This document shows positions 8,449-17,437 of a DNA stretch of 32,000 nt, piece after piece (position 1 is the stretch's first letter; the number at the start of each line of letters is the position of its first letter). The notes below the pieces were generated by a model. The model made no database searches. It was not told the DNA's origin and worked only from the letters and a program-made list of their open reading frames with translations. The DNA comes from Galbibacter marinus (GTDB taxonomy: Bacteria; Bacteroidota; Bacteroidia; Flavobacteriales; Flavobacteriaceae): contig NZ_AMSG01000002.1 in the NCBI RefSeq assembly GCF_000300875.1, forward strand, positions 117,842 to 149,841, in the 5' to 3' direction. The translations under genes were made by a program, and so were the position numbers.

Positions 8449-9528
8449 ATGAGTGAGCGATTAATGTCTAGGAAGAAACCTTCTTTCCCGATTTATCCCA
8501 GGTTACATGAATACTTGGAGCGTTATAATAGGAATACGGAAATAGCCATTTCGTATGATGATTTACTTCGTTTCTCGGGCTCGGTGGTAGTATATGATGA
8601 GAATGATGAGGATACTTTGTGGATTCGCGTTTATTACTCAGAGTTTGAGCGTCCAGAGATAGATTATCATTTAAAGAAAGTCTATACCTTAATTTTCTCG
8701 GATGGAAATGAAGATATTTTTCAGTATCTGAATGTTGATGCCATTGACTTTTGCACCTTTGGAAACTCAAAGCCGTTTCGAATAAAGGTCCGAAATGTAC
8801 TCAATGATAATTATACGTATCTCTATGTTAAAAAAGCAGATGCTTCTAGAGTCTATGGCCTTGAGCTTGAGCATATTTTATCCCCCAATAGGATTAATTT
8901 TGCAGTATTTGATGACACCTTGATTGAGGAGCATATCTCTGGAATTCCTGGGGATGAATTCATTAAGAATTCACTTCCTCAATGTAGTGATATTCAAAAG
9001 AGTCAAATCGCCAAAGAATTTGTGAAATTTAACGAGCGGTGTATGATTCGATTATTGGGAGATATGCGATCTTATAATTACGTGATCATTCCTGTGCATG
9101 ATTTTGATAATGTCATCTTTAAAATCCGCGCCATTGATTTTGATCAGCAATCTTATGAGGGAAATTTTAAGGTGTATAAGCCTCAATTTTTTAAAGAAAA
9201 CTACCAGATGGTTCAAATGGTAGAAAAGCGATTAAAACCTGCTTCCATTGAGCAGTATAAGAAAGAGGAACGTTCGCTGTTGGCAAAGCGAATTCTCACC
9301 TCTAGGAAAAGACTCAAAGCATTACTTCGCTGCATGGTCAATGATCATATTACCACAAAGGAAAACTTAGAAGAATTAAAAATGGAACTCTACAACTATA
9401 CCTTAGATATGAAATTTAAACGCTGTAGATCCATGGGGCAGGTCCTCAGGGTTGCTTTAGAGTTCGTTAGAAGAAATTATGAAGATGTGAATATGAAAAG
9501 ACTACTGCAAAGCAGTAGAAACGATTAA
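8449..9528 (+). CDS. Uncharacterised conserved-looking protein, possible protein-kinase-like fold
   Basis: Long clean 359-codon ORF. It carries the motif series YLYVKK / GLELEH / LIEEHISG / LLGDMRSYNYVI / IRAIDFD (see findings). No family is confidently recognised. Confidence 0.6.
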   Translation: MSERLMSRKKPSFPIYPRLHEYLERYNRNTEIAISYDDLLRFSGSVVVYDENDEDTLWIRVYYSEFERPEIDYHLKKVYTLIFSDGNEDIFQYLNVDAIDFCTFGNSKPFRIKVRNVLNDNYTYLYVKKADASRVYGLELEHILSPNRINFAVFDDTLIEEHISGIPGDEFIKNSLPQCSDIQKSQIAKEFVKFNERCMIRLLGDMRSYNYVIIPVHDFDNVIFKIRAIDFDQQSYEGNFKVYKPQFFKENYQMVQMVEKRLKPASIEQYKKEERSLLAKRILTSRKRLKALLRCMVNDHITTKENLEELKMELYNYTLDMKFKRCRSMGQVLRVALEFVRRNYEDVNMKRLLQSSRND

Positions 9529-9562
9529 TGTCTGAGCAATATTTTTGAAGGGGGGATTTGTG

Positions 9563-9910
9563 TTATGATCTTAAAATTTTTTCCATTGCTTTTCCTTTGG
9601 CTAGCTCGTCGATGAGCTTATCTAAATAACGAATCTTTTGTAATAGAGGCTGCTCAATTTGTTCAACTCTTATACCGCATACCACGCCTGTTATTTTTTT
9701 GGAATTGGGATTCAGATTAGCTTTTTCAAAAAATGTTTGGAAGTCTACCTGTTGGTCAATTAAGTCCTGCAATTTAGTGGGAGTGAATCCTGTCAACCAG
9801 CAAATGATCGTATCTACCTCATGTTTTGTTCTATCTTTTCTTTGCGCCTTTTGGACATATAGTGGATAGACTTTAGACACTGGCATATTGTACATTTTAT
9901 GTGTCTCCAT
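9563..9910 (-). CDS. DUF2200-family protein
   Basis: VYPLYVQKAQRKDRTKHEVDTIICWLTGF ... VVCGIRVEQIEQPLLQKIRYLDKLIDELAKGKAMEKIL matches my recollection of DUF2200 proteins. An alternative start is the ATG at 9895. Confidence 0.65.
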   Translation of the reverse strand: METHKMYNMPVSKVYPLYVQKAQRKDRTKHEVDTIICWLTGFTPTKLQDLIDQQVDFQTFFEKANLNPNSKKITGVVCGIRVEQIEQPLLQKIRYLDKLIDELAKGKAMEKILRS

Positions 9911-9971
9911 GGGGTTTTTATTTACTGGTTAACAGGTATAGTATTTTACTTTTATATGCTAAATTATCTGA

Positions 9972-11030
9972 TTAATTCTTTTCCTCTTTGTTGAAGTATA
10001 CAAGGTAATAATACATTTGTTTTTCTTCGTCCCATCCTTTTTCGACAAATTTTTCGGCAGAATCAGGATTTATAAAATCCATTTTTATTTGGATGTTTGT
10101 ATCTAGGTTGATCACGTTTTTTATCTTTTTACGCGCATCCGATACTGCTTTGTTTGCAATTGGGAATGTCGATACGTCTTCAATGCTATATTTTGGTCCT
10201 TTTTCGGTCTTATAGTGCTTGAATTCTGGAATCAGATCAGGATTGTCCATCACTTCGTTTAAAAAGCTAGTCTCTTCAAATTCATCATTCTTAGCAAAGT
10301 GATTAACCGCACGATTCATAAACATTACCTCCTGTTTTTTATCCTCAGCCGGTAGTACCACATCCTTTGCAAAATCTTGACAGAACTTTAAGTATTTCTT
10401 AGTGAAAAATGTTTCGTCTGTTAGAGCGTCCACTGATAAGAAGTTTTCCAGCCAATACTTGGTGTCGTAGCGGTTGCTATCGATAGATAAGATCTTAAAG
10501 CCTTCTTCTTTATTGGTGTTAATAATAAGACACCCTTTGTCCAATTTATTAATATTAATCCCATGCCTGATTAAGATTTCGATATTGCTATCTTTCTCTT
10601 CAAACTCTAAGTAATCGTGCTTGAGCTCTGATTTGAAGATTCCAATGGCATTCATTTTTTCATTATCGACCACAACATCACTTAAATAGGCTATATAAAC
10701 CTCTCCGCTTTTAATATGAGGGTGATTCGACTGATCGTATAAATGCTTGGTGATACGTTGTGATTGCTGATGAATATTGTCTGGATTGTCAAACACTTCA
10801 GTAGCGATGTTGTAGAGTTCGTTGTACTCTAGGTCCACTTCGTGATCAAATCTAAAGTAGTTTTCTTCTTTTTCTCTAAAGGGTCTAAAGAAGAATTCTT
10901 TTAGAAGCTCATTCAATTCATCGTTCAACTGATAGGGTTGCTCAGAGAGGAATGTTCCTTCGTTCTTGCTTTTATTTCCAATACGGTGAATGGAAAGGCT
11001 TTCAATTTGGGTGAGATACAGATTGATCAT
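9972..11030 (-). CDS. Nucleoid-associated protein, NdpA/YejK (37-kDa) family-like
   Basis: 352 aa with the N-terminal LSIHRIGNK motif, and length and composition typical of Bacteroidetes proteins annotated as nucleoid-associated (PF04245-like). Assigned from memory, not from a search. Confidence 0.65.
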   Translation of the reverse strand: MINLYLTQIESLSIHRIGNKSKNEGTFLSEQPYQLNDELNELLKEFFFRPFREKEENYFRFDHEVDLEYNELYNIATEVFDNPDNIHQQSQRITKHLYDQSNHPHIKSGEVYIAYLSDVVVDNEKMNAIGIFKSELKHDYLEFEEKDSNIEILIRHGININKLDKGCLIINTNKEEGFKILSIDSNRYDTKYWLENFLSVDALTDETFFTKKYLKFCQDFAKDVVLPAEDKKQEVMFMNRAVNHFAKNDEFEETSFLNEVMDNPDLIPEFKHYKTEKGPKYSIEDVSTFPIANKAVSDARKKIKNVINLDTNIQIKMDFINPDSAEKFVEKGWDEEKQMYYYLVYFNKEEKN

Positions 11031-11139
11031 ATAATTTTCGTTAATCGTGTTTGTTATTCAATGTTAAATGTAACGCATTCGGTGAACCCTTCTTATTGTA
11101 ATGGAAGGATTTTACTGCACTTTTAAAAGTCATGGAGTG

Positions 11140-11652
11140 TTAGTTCCAATTCTCTTCAAAATCGAAATCGTCGTAACTATCTAAGTCAAAATCATCAGAA
11201 TCTTCCAAATCATCTCCTAAATCTTCCGCCTCAAATTGTTTTTGTGGCGGAGAGTCTGGAAGTTGACCATGCACATAGAGTAGGCTTGGGTAGGAGACTC
11301 CTTCTTCTTTTTCGATTGTGGTATCAGCGAGTTCAACATAAAAGGTCCACATGCTGAAAAAATCGTATACATAAATTAGATTGCGGTTGTCTTCATTTAG
11401 TTGGTCCTCAATGAGAACCTCATTCATTAATCGTACATTATTGCCAGCTTCGCTCATATCGAACAAGGCAATTTCTTCTCCTTGGTTCCATTCTGGATCA
11501 CTAACATAGAAGGAAGCCATTTCTGTGCCGTCAAAACCAAAGGATTGTGCAATGGTGTTGTGAAGGTCTTCCATAGTGTTGGTCGACTCAATGGCGATAT
11601 CTCTAAAGACGTCCTCTTGCGCGTCAAGTATAATTCTAAATTTATAAATCAT
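11140..11652 (-). CDS. MM3350-like / plasmid pRiA4b ORF-3 family protein with an acidic C-terminal tail
   Basis: N-terminus MIYKFRIILDAQEDVFRDIAIESTNTMEDLHNTIAQSFGF fits the PF07929 pattern (Y-x-F/L-K/R-I/V ... R-x-I ... DLH..I...FG). The C-terminus is rich in D and E. Confidence 0.65.
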   Translation of the reverse strand: MIYKFRIILDAQEDVFRDIAIESTNTMEDLHNTIAQSFGFDGTEMASFYVSDPEWNQGEEIALFDMSEAGNNVRLMNEVLIEDQLNEDNRNLIYVYDFFSMWTFYVELADTTIEKEEGVSYPSLLYVHGQLPDSPPQKQFEAEDLGDDLEDSDDFDLDSYDDFDFEENWN

Positions 11653-11679
11653 TTCATTAGGATTTACTGCAACTGCAAG

Positions 11680-12714
11680 TTACAAAGTTTTTGTTTTATT
11701 GAATCTTCTTCCTGTTTCCAAAATTAGGTAGAACTGAACCCCGAATAACAAGGTGGCAAGTACTAGGTGTATGGTTTGTGTTGTGAATGGAAAATCAAAA
11801 TAATACATAGCCATTCCAGATGCAATTTCTAAGACTATTATATAGAATACCCAGCGTACTTTTTCAAAACCTAAATTGTTCTTTACATTCAAGTACAGTA
11901 TCCATGCATTGGTCAAAAATACTAAAGAAGAAATAGAACGGTGTATGTAAAACGATAGTTCCGGTTTTGCTAGCCATAAATTTTTGGCAGTATCACCCAA
12001 TAGATCAATTTGTTCATCCACAAATTGACGTACTTGAGTTCCAAATATCACTTGGACGGTAGTTAATAATACCGCAAATATGAGCAAGTTTTTAAAGGTC
12101 TTATTTGGTTTAGTGATCGGAGGGTGTTCTCTAGTTCTATAAATGATCACAAGCAGTACAGCTACAATTACAAAGGCCATTAACATGTGAATCGTGATTC
12201 GAGCTGGTGCAAGCACACTGTAAACCACAGTTGCTCCAAGCCAAGCTTGGAAGCCCATTCCAATAACCGCCAACCACGATAGTATTGGTACCCATATATC
12301 CTCTTTTCGATAATATAATGAGGCTATGGCCATTATAAATGTTGCAAACCCTGCCAAAGCACCAAAGAGACGATTGATGTATTCTGTCCATGTATGGGTA
12401 GGATTAAATATAGCATAATCATGCTTGGTGTAGGTTTCCCAATGTGATTCGTTATAGGTGTCACCAGTGGTAAAATCTTCATTGGCAACCTTTAAGGTGT
12501 TATCTACGATAATTACCTGACCTTTTTTAAAAAATCTGTCTGCTTGCCACTCGAGCTGAGAAACCTCAGTTGGGGGGATGTAATATCCAAAACATTTTGG
12601 CCAATCAGGGCAACCCATGCCACTTCCTGTCATTCGTACAACTGCTCCAGCAATAATTACCAAATAGACAAGGACAAGGGTAATTTTAGCGATTTTTCTA
12701 AATCTTTTTTTCAC
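11680..12714 (-). CDS. ctaA: Heme A synthase (COX15/CtaA family)
   Basis: Polytopic membrane protein with the N-terminal [18 protein letters not shown] motif. Only a GTG start is possible (12714), and it overlaps the upstream TGA stop as GTGA. Confidence 0.85.
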   Translation of the reverse strand: MKKRFRKIAKITLVLVYLVIIAGAVVRMTGSGMGCPDWPKCFGYYIPPTEVSQLEWQADRFFKKGQVIIVDNTLKVANEDFTTGDTYNESHWETYTKHDYAIFNPTHTWTEYINRLFGALAGFATFIMAIASLYYRKEDIWVPILSWLAVIGMGFQAWLGATVVYSVLAPARITIHMLMAFVIVAVLLVIIYRTREHPPITKPNKTFKNLLIFAVLLTTVQVIFGTQVRQFVDEQIDLLGDTAKNLWLAKPELSFYIHRSISSLVFLTNAWILYLNVKNNLGFEKVRWVFYIIVLEIASGMAMYYFDFPFTTQTIHLVLATLLFGVQFYLILETGRRFNKTKTL

Positions 12715-14144
12715 TTTTTATCATTGACGGGGGTTAGACCTAATTTTTCACCACGTTTAAGCATGAACTGGTAAGCCTCCTCGTATTGGTTTGGGATTTC
12801 TCCTTCCAAAATAGCTTCCTTTATCGCCTCTTTTATTATCCCAATTTCTCGGGAAGGCTTTATGTTAAAAGTTTCCATGATTTGTTCACCTGAAATCGGG
12901 GGTTGGAAGTTTCTAACGTGGTCACGCTGTTCAACTTCGGAAATTTTTTGACGAACAATTTTAAAATTGTTATTGTATTTTTTAAAACGCCTAGGGTTTT
13001 TGGTGGTAATGTCCGCCTCACATAGGGTCATTAAATCTTCTATATAATCTCCAGCGTCAAAAATCAGTCTTCTTACCGCTGAGTCTGTTACGATATCTTG
13101 AGCCAATACGATGGGTCGAGAACTCATCATCACTAGCTTTTGGACGTATTTCATCTTATCATTAAGGGGCATGCGAAGTCTTTTGAAGATCGCGTACACC
13201 ATTTTGGAACCAACAAATTCATGGGAATGGAAGGTCCAGCCTATTTTTTTGTCGAATCGCTTTGTTGGAGCTTTTCCAATATCATGTAAAAGAGCCGCCC
13301 ACCGCAGCCATAAATCGTCCGTGTTTTTGGCTATATTGTCCACTACCTCTAGGGTATGCCAAAAATTGTCTTTATGAGTCTGTCCTTCCTTTTCCTCAAT
13401 TCCTTGAAGGTTGGTGAGCTCTGGAAGTATTTTGGAAAGTAATCCTGTCTGAAACAAAAGTTTAAATCCTTCAGAGGGCTTTTCACTTAATATAATTTTG
13501 TGAAGCTCATCGACGATCCGTTCATTGGAAATAATTTCGATCCTATCTACATTTCTTTTGATGGCCTGAAAAGATTCTTCTTCAATTTTAAATTTTAATT
13601 GGGAAGCAAAGCGTATTGCTCGCATCATTCTTAAAGGATCGTCAGAGTAGGTAATATCAGGATCTAACGGAGTCCGGATAAGTTTATTTTTCAGATCTGA
13701 AATTCCGTTAAAGGGATCGAGTAAACTTCCGTAATCACCTTGGTTTAATGAAATAGCCAAGGCGTTTATGGTAAAATCTCTTCGGTTTTGATCGTCCTCT
13801 AAACTACCGTTTTCCACCACAGGTTTTCTGCTATTGGAAGAGTAGCTTTCTTTTCTAGCACCTACAAATTCTACTTCCAAATCTTTGTGACGGATCATGG
13901 CGGTCCCAAAGTTTTTAAACACAGAAATTTTGGTATGTCCAGGTATTAAATCAGCGACCTCTTTGGCAAGTTCGATTCCGCTTCCTTGGGCAACTATGTC
14001 AATATCTTTTGGTACGTTTCTCTGTAAAATGTAATCCCTCACAAAACCACCTATAACATAAGAACGAATGCCTAATTTTACAGAAGCATTGGCTATAAGT
14101 TCAAATACCGGATCTTGTACGGCTTGGATGTATTGTTTTGACAT
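12711..14144 (-). CDS. cca: tRNA nucleotidyltransferase (CCA-adding) / poly(A) polymerase family protein with an HD domain
   Basis: GGFVRD...DIDI nucleotidyltransferase head, RRDFTINAL, and an HD domain (LLHDIGK). Confidence 0.85.
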   Translation of the reverse strand: MSKQYIQAVQDPVFELIANASVKLGIRSYVIGGFVRDYILQRNVPKDIDIVAQGSGIELAKEVADLIPGHTKISVFKNFGTAMIRHKDLEVEFVGARKESYSSNSRKPVVENGSLEDDQNRRDFTINALAISLNQGDYGSLLDPFNGISDLKNKLIRTPLDPDITYSDDPLRMMRAIRFASQLKFKIEEESFQAIKRNVDRIEIISNERIVDELHKIILSEKPSEGFKLLFQTGLLSKILPELTNLQGIEEKEGQTHKDNFWHTLEVVDNIAKNTDDLWLRWAALLHDIGKAPTKRFDKKIGWTFHSHEFVGSKMVYAIFKRLRMPLNDKMKYVQKLVMMSSRPIVLAQDIVTDSAVRRLIFDAGDYIEDLMTLCEADITTKNPRRFKKYNNNFKIVRQKISEVEQRDHVRNFQPPISGEQIMETFNIKPSREIGIIKEAIKEAILEGEIPNQYEEAYQFMLKRGEKLGLTPVNDKK

Positions 14145-14171
14145 TGTTTTCGGATCAGCTTGATAGTCGAA

Positions 14172-14738
14172 TTACTTTCGAATTATCTTCACAACAGCGT
14201 CATTACTTATTTTAATAATTGATGAAGGTTGTGAATTGGATTTTTCGAGCTGCAAATTTACCACATAGTCTACACCTTTTAAAATTTCCGAGCCTATTTC
14301 TCTAAAGCTTTTTGGTGTTGGTGTTCCACTTAAATTTGCCGAGGTTGAAACTAAAGGTCTTTTAAATTTTCTAATGAGCTTTTGACAAAATTCATCTGAG
14401 GCAACACGGATACCCACCGTATCATCTTTGGCAATAAGATTTTTAGCCATATTAATAGGCTTGTCGTAGATGATGGTTGTTGGTCTAGTGCTATACTCGA
14501 TAATATCATAGGCGACCTCTGGCACATCATAAACATAGCGTTGAAGCATTCTTGTATCAGAAACTAGGCAAATAAGGGCTTTACTATCCTCTCGACGCTT
14601 AAGCTTATATACTTTTTTTACAGCCTCTTCATTGGTTGCGTCACACCCGATTCCCCAAACGGTATCAGTGGGATAGAGTAATAGTCCTCCTTTGTTGAGA
14701 ATATCTATGGATTTTTGAATTTCATCGTTGATGTCCAT
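14172..14738 (-). CDS. tsaC: L-threonylcarbamoyladenylate synthase (TsaC/YrdC/Sua5 family)
   Basis: LLLYPTDTVWGIGCDA and STSANLSG motifs. The ORF track starts at TTG 14744, and the ATG at 14738 (MDINDE...) is more likely. Confidence 0.85.
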   Translation of the reverse strand: MDINDEIQKSIDILNKGGLLLYPTDTVWGIGCDATNEEAVKKVYKLKRREDSKALICLVSDTRMLQRYVYDVPEVAYDIIEYSTRPTTIIYDKPINMAKNLIAKDDTVGIRVASDEFCQKLIRKFKRPLVSTSANLSGTPTPKSFREIGSEILKGVDYVVNLQLEKSNSQPSSIIKISNDAVVKIIRK

Positions 14739-14762
14739 TTGCAAATAGCCTAAGGTAGATTG

Positions 14763-15518
14763 TTAATTCATTTTATTGTGAAGAAGCCAAAGCTTGATAT
14801 AACGTGTCATTACACCGTATGAATTGATATAAGCGCTCGCGAATCCAGGGAAGCCATCTAAAAATCCGCCACGTAATATGTATTGATTAAAAAATCGAAA
14901 AGGTGGTTTTATAATAAAATGGAAGAGGCTTGGCTTTTTATTCTTTTTAAAGTTTTCCTCAGCTTGTAGTCTAGCGTAGTGATTTTTTTTGGCTATAAAA
15001 CGGTCATAGCTCCTGTAAGTATAATGGTCAAAATGGTTTTTCAGACGGCTTTTTGGGCCGTTAATAATCATGTCTTCATGGACAAGCTTTTTTCCGTGCA
15101 TACAGAATTGTCGATTAAATAACCGCAATTTCCACTCGTTTTTAAAAGTGCTGTGTTCCATTCTTCGGTTCATGAAAATGTGAGAACATAACACATCGTA
15201 GGCTACAAATTCAGATTCTCCATCTTTGAGAACATTCATTATTTCTTCCTTAAGTGGTTGAGGAATCCTTTCGTCAGCGTCGAGAATAAATATCCAGTCA
15301 TTTGCAGCACGCTCAATAGCATAGTTTTTTTGACTTGAAAAACCATCAAATTCCCTTTTTAATATTTTTACATTGTGACTTTGAGCAATTTCAACAGTTT
15401 TATCAGAGCTATAAGAATCAATTATTAAAATCTCATCAGCAAAGCTAGCGCTCTTAATGACTTCATCTATGTGAAACTCTTCATTTAAAGTAGGAATAAT
15501 AATGGTTAATTTTCTCAT
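14763..15518 (-). CDS. Glycosyltransferase family 2 (WaaE/KdtX-like LPS-core type)
   Basis: LTIIIPTLNEE, IIDSYSSD and LDADE motifs, and a C-terminal FFNQYILRGGFLDGFPGF motif shared with the paralog at 17434..18204. Confidence 0.85.
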   Translation of the reverse strand: MRKLTIIIPTLNEEFHIDEVIKSASFADEILIIDSYSSDKTVEIAQSHNVKILKREFDGFSSQKNYAIERAANDWIFILDADERIPQPLKEEIMNVLKDGESEFVAYDVLCSHIFMNRRMEHSTFKNEWKLRLFNRQFCMHGKKLVHEDMIINGPKSRLKNHFDHYTYRSYDRFIAKKNHYARLQAEENFKKNKKPSLFHFIIKPPFRFFNQYILRGGFLDGFPGFASAYINSYGVMTRYIKLWLLHNKMN

Positions 15519-15601
15519 TGGAATCGACAGCTGTAATTAAATAATTAAAAAGCAAAGATAAATAAAATGGACTTCTTATTTTTGTTAGTAATTTAGATTT
15601 T

Positions 15602-16447
15602 ATGTTTATGGATAACCTCAAAATTACAGTCATTATAAGTACTTATAATTCAGAGCAGTGGCTTGAAAAAGTATTGCATGGTTACAACCAACAGCAGTAT
15701 AAGAATTTTGAGGTCATAGTCGCCGATGATGGCTCTGGTCAGAAGACCAAGGACTTATTGAATAGGATGCAACAGGAGGTGTTTTATACCATTAGACATG
15801 TTTGGCAAGAAGATGATGGATTTCAAAAATCAAAAATATTAAATAAAGCTGTAGTCGCTTGCCAGACCCCTTACATTGTTATGAGTGATGGGGACTGCAT
15901 TCCTAGACCGGATTTTTTAAAAGTGCATAATGAATTAAAACAAGCGGGGTATTTCTTATCGGGGGGGTATTTTAAATTACCTATGGATACATCTAAGAAA
16001 ATAAGTAAGAAAGAAATTGTTTCTGGTGAGTGTTTCAAGGTCAATTGGTTGATAAACAACGGAGTAAAAAGATCTTTTAAACTAAATAAGCTTACCAAAA
16101 ACAGTCTAAAAGCAAAACTTTTAAACCTTTTGACACCCACCACACCTAGTTGGAATGGAAATAATTCTTCGGGATGGAAGCAGGATATCCTTGCTGTAAA
16201 CGGTTTTGATGAAAGAATGCAGTATGGTGGTCAGGATCGAGAATTGGGGGAGCGTATGATCAATAATGGTATTAAACCAAAACAAATACGTTATAGCACT
16301 ACAAGTGTACATTTGGATCACTCCAGGGGATATAAAAATCAGGAGACCCTGTTAAGAAATAAAAATATAAGAAATCAAACCAAGTCTAATAAATCCACTT
16401 GGACTCAGTATGGGATCATAAAAGGAGAACAAAAAAATAAAGGATAG
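15602..16447 (+). CDS. Glycosyltransferase family 2 (galactosyltransferase-like C-terminal region)
   Basis: ITVIISTYNSEQWLEKVL, VADDGS and SDGDCIP motifs, and NGFDERMQYGGQDRELGERM. An alternative ATG is at 15608. Confidence 0.85.
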   Translation: MFMDNLKITVIISTYNSEQWLEKVLHGYNQQQYKNFEVIVADDGSGQKTKDLLNRMQQEVFYTIRHVWQEDDGFQKSKILNKAVVACQTPYIVMSDGDCIPRPDFLKVHNELKQAGYFLSGGYFKLPMDTSKKISKKEIVSGECFKVNWLINNGVKRSFKLNKLTKNSLKAKLLNLLTPTTPSWNGNNSSGWKQDILAVNGFDERMQYGGQDRELGERMINNGIKPKQIRYSTTSVHLDHSRGYKNQETLLRNKNIRNQTKSNKSTWTQYGIIKGEQKNKG

Positions 16448-16495
16448 CCAAAACAATTTAAGAGGTTTCTTTTTAAAGGGGAAAAAACAAAACTG

Positions 16496-17437
16496 ATGAA
16501 AATATTGGTTACCGGTGCAGCCGGATTTATAGGTTCACATTGTGCAGAATACTTTGCCAAACAAGGTCACCAAGTGTATGGGGTAGATAATTTTGATCCC
16601 TATTACGATGTGTCATTAAAAAAGATAAATCAACAGGATATCGAGAAATCAGGGGTTCTTTTTATTGAGGCAGATTTATTGGAGGACCTAAAGGCCAAAC
16701 TACCTAAAGATTTTGATTATGTTTTCCATTTTGCTGCACAACCTGGAATTTCCTCTAAAACTAGATTTAGTCAATTTGTTGCGAACAACATTTGCGCAAC
16801 TCAAAATCTGTTAGAATGGGTATATGGTTCAAGCCCTAAATTAAAACTTTTTATAAATATTGCAACCTCCTCCATTTATGGGCGATTGGCTACCTATCCC
16901 GAGACCACAGGGCCTAAACCTGTCTCCTTTTATGGGGTGACAAAATTGGCGGCTGAACAGTTAGTTCTTGGAGCACACCGAAGTGGTAAGCTTCCTGCTT
17001 GTTCACTTCGCCTTTATTCGGTATATGGACCAAGAGAGCGTCCTGAGAAACTATATACCAAACTTATCAAATCGATTTTTGAACAAACATCATTTCCACT
17101 CTTTGAAGGTAGTGAAAAGCATTCTCGAAGTTTTACTTATGTGGGGGATATTGTGAATGCAATGGCTTCAATAATTGGAAAACAGGACAGTATTCAGGGG
17201 GAAATTATTAATATCGGCACTGATCTTTCCTATACTACAGGTCAAGGAATAGCACTTATAGAAGAGATAATAGGTATAAAAGCAAAGATTCAGACTCAGC
17301 CTTTAAGACCAGGGGATCAACTGCGAACTACGGCTATTATTGATAAGGCACGTAAATTACTTGATTACAATCCAGATACGAGTTTTAAAGAAGGTCTTAC
17401 AGCTCAGGTACACTGGTACGAGGCTAAATTTCTTTAG
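16496..17437 (+). CDS. NAD-dependent epimerase/dehydratase (extended SDR)
   Basis: GAAGFIGSH Rossmann motif and the catalytic YGVTK (YxxxK). Confidence 0.9.
   Translation: MKILVTGAAGFIGSHCAEYFAKQGHQVYGVDNFDPYYDVSLKKINQQDIEKSGVLFIEADLLEDLKAKLPKDFDYVFHFAAQPGISSKTRFSQFVANNICATQNLLEWVYGSSPKLKLFINIATSSIYGRLATYPETTGPKPVSFYGVTKLAAEQLVLGAHRSGKLPACSLRLYSVYGPRERPEKLYTKLIKSIFEQTSFPLFEGSEKHSRSFTYVGDIVNAMASIIGKQDSIQGEIINIGTDLSYTTGQGIALIEEIIGIKAKIQTQPLRPGDQLRTTAIIDKARKLLDYNPDTSFKEGLTAQVHWYEAKFL

Noticed and set aside
9550-9555. Intergenic G6 (9550..9555) and C6 (19920..19925) homopolymers as phase-variation sites.
   Set aside because: Both tracts are short and lie outside coding sequence. The first is between convergent gene ends, so a regulatory role is unlikely. 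The second is in a putative 5' leader, but six residues is below typical variable lengths.
11140-11652. pRiA4b ORF-3/MM3350-like gene as a marker of a plasmid-derived or IS-associated mobile element.
   Set aside because: No transposase, integrase, terminal inverted repeats, tRNA target or compositional break is visible around it. It sits in a tight co-directional string with housekeeping genes.
12137-12391. 84-codon alternative-frame ORF inside ctaA, and the 12544..12774 antisense ORF.
   Set aside because: They overlap the COX15/CtaA coding frame, which has strong family motifs. There is no independent support.
8449-14744. Idea that the Bud32-like motif protein and tsaC (t6A pathway) form a bacterial KEOPS-like pair.
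   Set aside because: The genes are about 5 kb apart, on opposite strands, with unrelated genes between them. The resemblance rests on short motifs only, so this would be over-interpretation.
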